From Marsupella aquatica (taxonomy: Eukaryota; Plantae; Marchantiophyta): 64,000 nucleotides of DNA. The notes beneath the pieces were generated by a model that saw nothing but the letters and a program-made list of their open reading frames with translations, did no database searches and was not told the DNA's origin. This document shows positions 60,206 through 64,000 of the stretch, piece by piece (positions within the stretch are counted from its first letter, which is position 1; each line of letters opens with the position of its first letter). Where the stretch lies: assembly GCA_973895155.1 (NCBI GenBank), contig OZ316898.1, positions 1 through 64,000 on the forward strand, given 5' to 3'. A program made the position numbers and the translations under genes.

Positions 60206-63200
60206 AATGCACACACAACAAACTAGGGGTGAAACTCACCCCCAATATTCCCAAATCTCACTAGTACTTAAAAAACTGGGGATGACACCCTAAACCCTAA
60301 ACTTAAATTTTTGGGTTTTGTGTTAAACGGTTGCTGTTTGACAAAGCACTACTCTCCATAACTGATGGTGTACAATTGCTTTTTGGATATACATGCGATG
60401 AAAGAAACCAGTGTAATCATTCATAGTTTTACTAGCAATGTCGCTAGCAAGAATAGTACACATTGTAACATTGCAATAGGACAAACTGTTCAAACATTTA
60501 TTCCAAATTCAACCCAACCGTTTTGAGATATAACTTTGTTACACACCAAACGTCCGAGAACTCTTGGAACTTCGAGGTCAAGGGTCCGGACTCAGGAGAA
60601 CTAGATTGTTACAAAATGTCTATGCCCTAGAAGCTGGACTACTGATCATGGACTTCTGATCAAGGACTTGCTGCCTTGTATGCATCGGAATCGGAGTCAG
60701 AAATCGTATCATAGTCGGATGAAGCGAGTACATTTTCCGTCCAATAGTTGTGAATCTCCAGGTCCCTCCAGTATGACTCCTCTCTCTTCTGCTTCTCTGA
60801 TACCCCCTTAGTGAGGGGAACATTTGAGCGAGAAGACAAGGGAGTTTGGGAGACCGACTTGGAAGATGTCTCCTTAGAAGGTGTCATTACCTGTGATTCC
60901 TTGCAGACAAAGGGAAAGACTCAAGTGGAAGAAGATGTACTACTCTTCATTGCATGGTTATACTACTCTGCTTTGGTTGAGGTTAGCTTGGCGGGGAGTC
61001 TAGTGGACCGTTTGTTTTGGCGTTATATCGGAGGACTTTGAGAATCCATTTTGGAGGAGCTTTACCCTGTTCCGTGCTATTTCTCTTTGTAACTGAAACC
61101 AATGCGATTCAGATTATTTATAATCTTATGCAAGATCTACTTATGTCGACAAACCAGAAAGCAGATGACATTCAATACCTCAAAGATGACCAAATAGCAG
61201 GGAGAAAAGTGACAGAGAACGTAGATACCTCAATCCGGAACCGACTTACAAATCCCTGGTGCGTATGATTGCCGAGGAACTCTTTGCAATGCTGCAATGA
61301 CAGTAGAACATGACAGGCCTTCGAGTCCCGCAAAGAGAAGAAGAGAAGCGCGTTTGGAGTCTCGCGGTGAAGAGAAGGAGAGCGCAAAACAATGACCGAA
61401 ATGGAAGGAATGGAAATGGTTCGGAAGGTCCGAGTGAGATATAGGGGATGGTGGAAAGCGGGAGATCCTACACAACGGTTTCAGGATCCGGTCTGTTAGG
61501 GGGTACGATGAGTGTCACGCTTGATAGCGTATGGAGCTTTGGATTCTGTCCGGGGATGCGCTCCCAACATTGCTTTAGTCAAAGACCGTTATTCCCAGTC
61601 CGTTCTCATGATGCATTTTTCACGTTGTTAAAGACCGCACACCAAAGTTCGTGGGAGAATTATGGGCTGCACGATGGCTAGCGATTTTGCTGGCCTGATG
61701 TACTTTCAAATAGTAGGGTCAATTCTGGTTGGTTTGAGTGGCCGGTTGTGCGAGAAATACATGATATGTACAAATATACTGCCGACGATAGGTTTCGTAA
61801 TGTAATAATGAAGTTTATGTTGTAAAACAAATTACTTTTAGGCTAGCGAGTGTCAATTCATGCTACAGAGGTAATTTCCATGCCAGATTTTGCATATGGC
61901 AAGGAGAAAATGTTCCAGGAGGAATTTTTTTACTGTTTACTCGCACGTTACAATGACCCGCTGAAACTGGCATCCTTACAGGTCATCAAAGCTTAGACCC
62001 GGTCGAGCTAGCGGAGCAGGCGATAGGGAACTTTAGGAAGATGGACGAACAAGCCAAGGCACTAGCATGGAGACACAGAGCAAAAAGAACTAGAGAGCAC
62101 AACGAGGCCTGCTTAAGAGAAGCAGCTACTGCTCAAATTAGATTAGGAGAATTTGGTGAGGCTCCTAGTGGGGCTTTTGGTGAAAGGGGGCAATGTTGAC
62201 TCTCGTACAGAAAAGCCAAGAGGTGGGCTGACTGCTCTCTTGCGAAAGAAACCAACGGTGAAGGATAGGCTGGCTCGCAGGCTACTGAATGGGCGTGTCA
62301 CGGATGCAACTGTTAGTCAGCTAGCCAGGGATCAAGATGCAGCTTACCGTGAATCATTTCGCAATCAGTGGACAATGAAGTAGTTGTCTTCATGAGTCCT
62401 TCAAAAGGTTCCAGATTATGTGTGTAGTCAACTGGACCATAGAAACTGATCGAGGCGAACGTCCTGGTACAGTTTTTAAAGTTCCATCTTGAGATTGGTA
62501 AGCTGCGAAAGGGGAAACAGTGAGCTAATATGGAAGTTGTCAAGCTTATTCTAAGACTTCCGCAGGTTTCTGAAAGGAAGACTGGGAGTAAACTAAAGAG
62601 AGATATGGAAGACTTTACCTGGTGAGTTAAGGCAACTCATAGAAGAAGTTTTCTTTATGGCATCTGAATTTCAGGACTTGTGAGTCTCAAAATTTATCAG
62701 TCCGGCCGCGGTGTTAATGGCAAAGGACCGTCCTGAGATTTGCGTTGGTTGCCGAATACTATCCATCGTTTGAAAGTTTGGCAGTTGAATGAGAGGGGGC
62801 TTCTTTTTTGCGTCATATGAACTACGTTGTAAAGGGCAGAATGTACAGAAGAATTGCATTTAGTGTAGTTCTGTATTTGTTTTGACAGCTCGGTCTGATT
62901 ATTTCATAGTGGATTGCTGTCAGGTTTTGGAAAGGAAGAAGTGAAGGCTCACGCAACCATGCCTCTCAGATCAATCTCTTGGAAGACCATTATTGGGATT
63001 AAATTGTCAGATTTCGTACATGATCTCACGACTTGCAGAGTGAGCAAGGCAGATATGTCAAAGATAGTTCAAAAGGATCTCACAATGAAAAAGAGTATCT
63101 AATTGGCAGCCGATGTAGGTATGCAGTAGTTCCTATTTGGGGGAAACTCTAGCAGCTGTAGCTTATTCTGCTAACTTCCCACTCAGTTTCCGATGCAAAG

Positions 63201-64000
63201 GGAGAATCTCCTGTTCATTGACGATTGGGCTCAAACCCATTGATATTTTAAACTCTCCTGTGCCCTTCTTGGTCCCGTGTGTCCTCATTCTTGATTGGGT
63301 CATTATTTGGCATCTTGTACTCTGTCCTTTCCGTTCCCAAGTGGGGGATTTTAGACTTGAAAATCAATCTATTCGACAAAAATCAACGGAGGATTCATCA
63401 TCCCAAACTACTGAATGTCTTTGGACCTCGTTGCTACTGTAAGTGCAGAGAAGTACATTAAAGTATGCTTACATGTGGAGCATCACTCAATTTGTGCCTC
63501 TAGTTGCTACTTCCTATCCTGTTCCATCAAAACTAATGGTATGATCGAAGGCAAAGTTCTGGCAAGGCAGAGTGAAAAAGGGGGCAACGTGGCTCTCGTC
63601 TGCCATCTTCGTGCAAATTTTGCATACCAACAATGCTATGCAAATTGTGTATACTAACTGCATTAGACCCAATTTTGGACAGTCAAGTCCATGTCATATG
63701 GTGACAACTGATTCACCCATAGTTTCTCTGGCTTCTCCTATATGGGGACACCTGATCCTATGGTTTCTCTGACTTCTCCAATTACAATTGGGTTTTGTTA
63801 TTGCATCTGTCAGTCAATGAAGATTTGGAGAAGAAAAAACATAGGGCAGTCTCCTCCAAGGAGAGACAGTTGATGCCAATCAACAGCAATCGACTTGACA
63901 GAACTCAACAAATATGGAAGATAGAAATGTATCAGTTATACTTGCGTGTCAAGAAGTAAAATTTAATACAAAAATGTTAAATGTTCTCTTAGGGTGTCAT

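Overview
Repeat-dense eukaryotic DNA from a land plant, probably a non-seed plant or bryophyte. This is inferred from spliceosomal introns, plant-type PI-PLC, PP2A-B' and NIP fragments, TTTAGGG motifs and a Bianca-type Copia. Left half (1-30.2 kb): a mosaic of broken host-gene fragments (BTB, TOP2, PI-PLC, PP2A B', NIP aquaporin) containing three intact, uninterrupted long ORFs. Two are divergent AT-rich TET/JBP-like Fe(II) dioxygenases (3731-5107, 16076-17518). The third is a 1653-aa fusion of Zn fingers, a tyrosine-recombinase-like domain and a RecQ helicase (22320-27281, minus). Its upstream side carries a G-rich array and a sharp junction at about 30208 that truncates another transposon. 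The best hypothesis (inference) is a giant tyrosine-recombinase/RecQ mobile element carrying 5mC-modifying enzymes and captured genes. Right half (30.2-64 kb): nested TG...CA elements with 5-bp TSDs, comprising two unusual protein-coding units without terminal direct repeats, two solo LTRs and a very young Copia/Bianca element, inserted into a LINE-like remnant and tandem-repeat arrays. All family assignments are by visual motif recognition; no searches were run.
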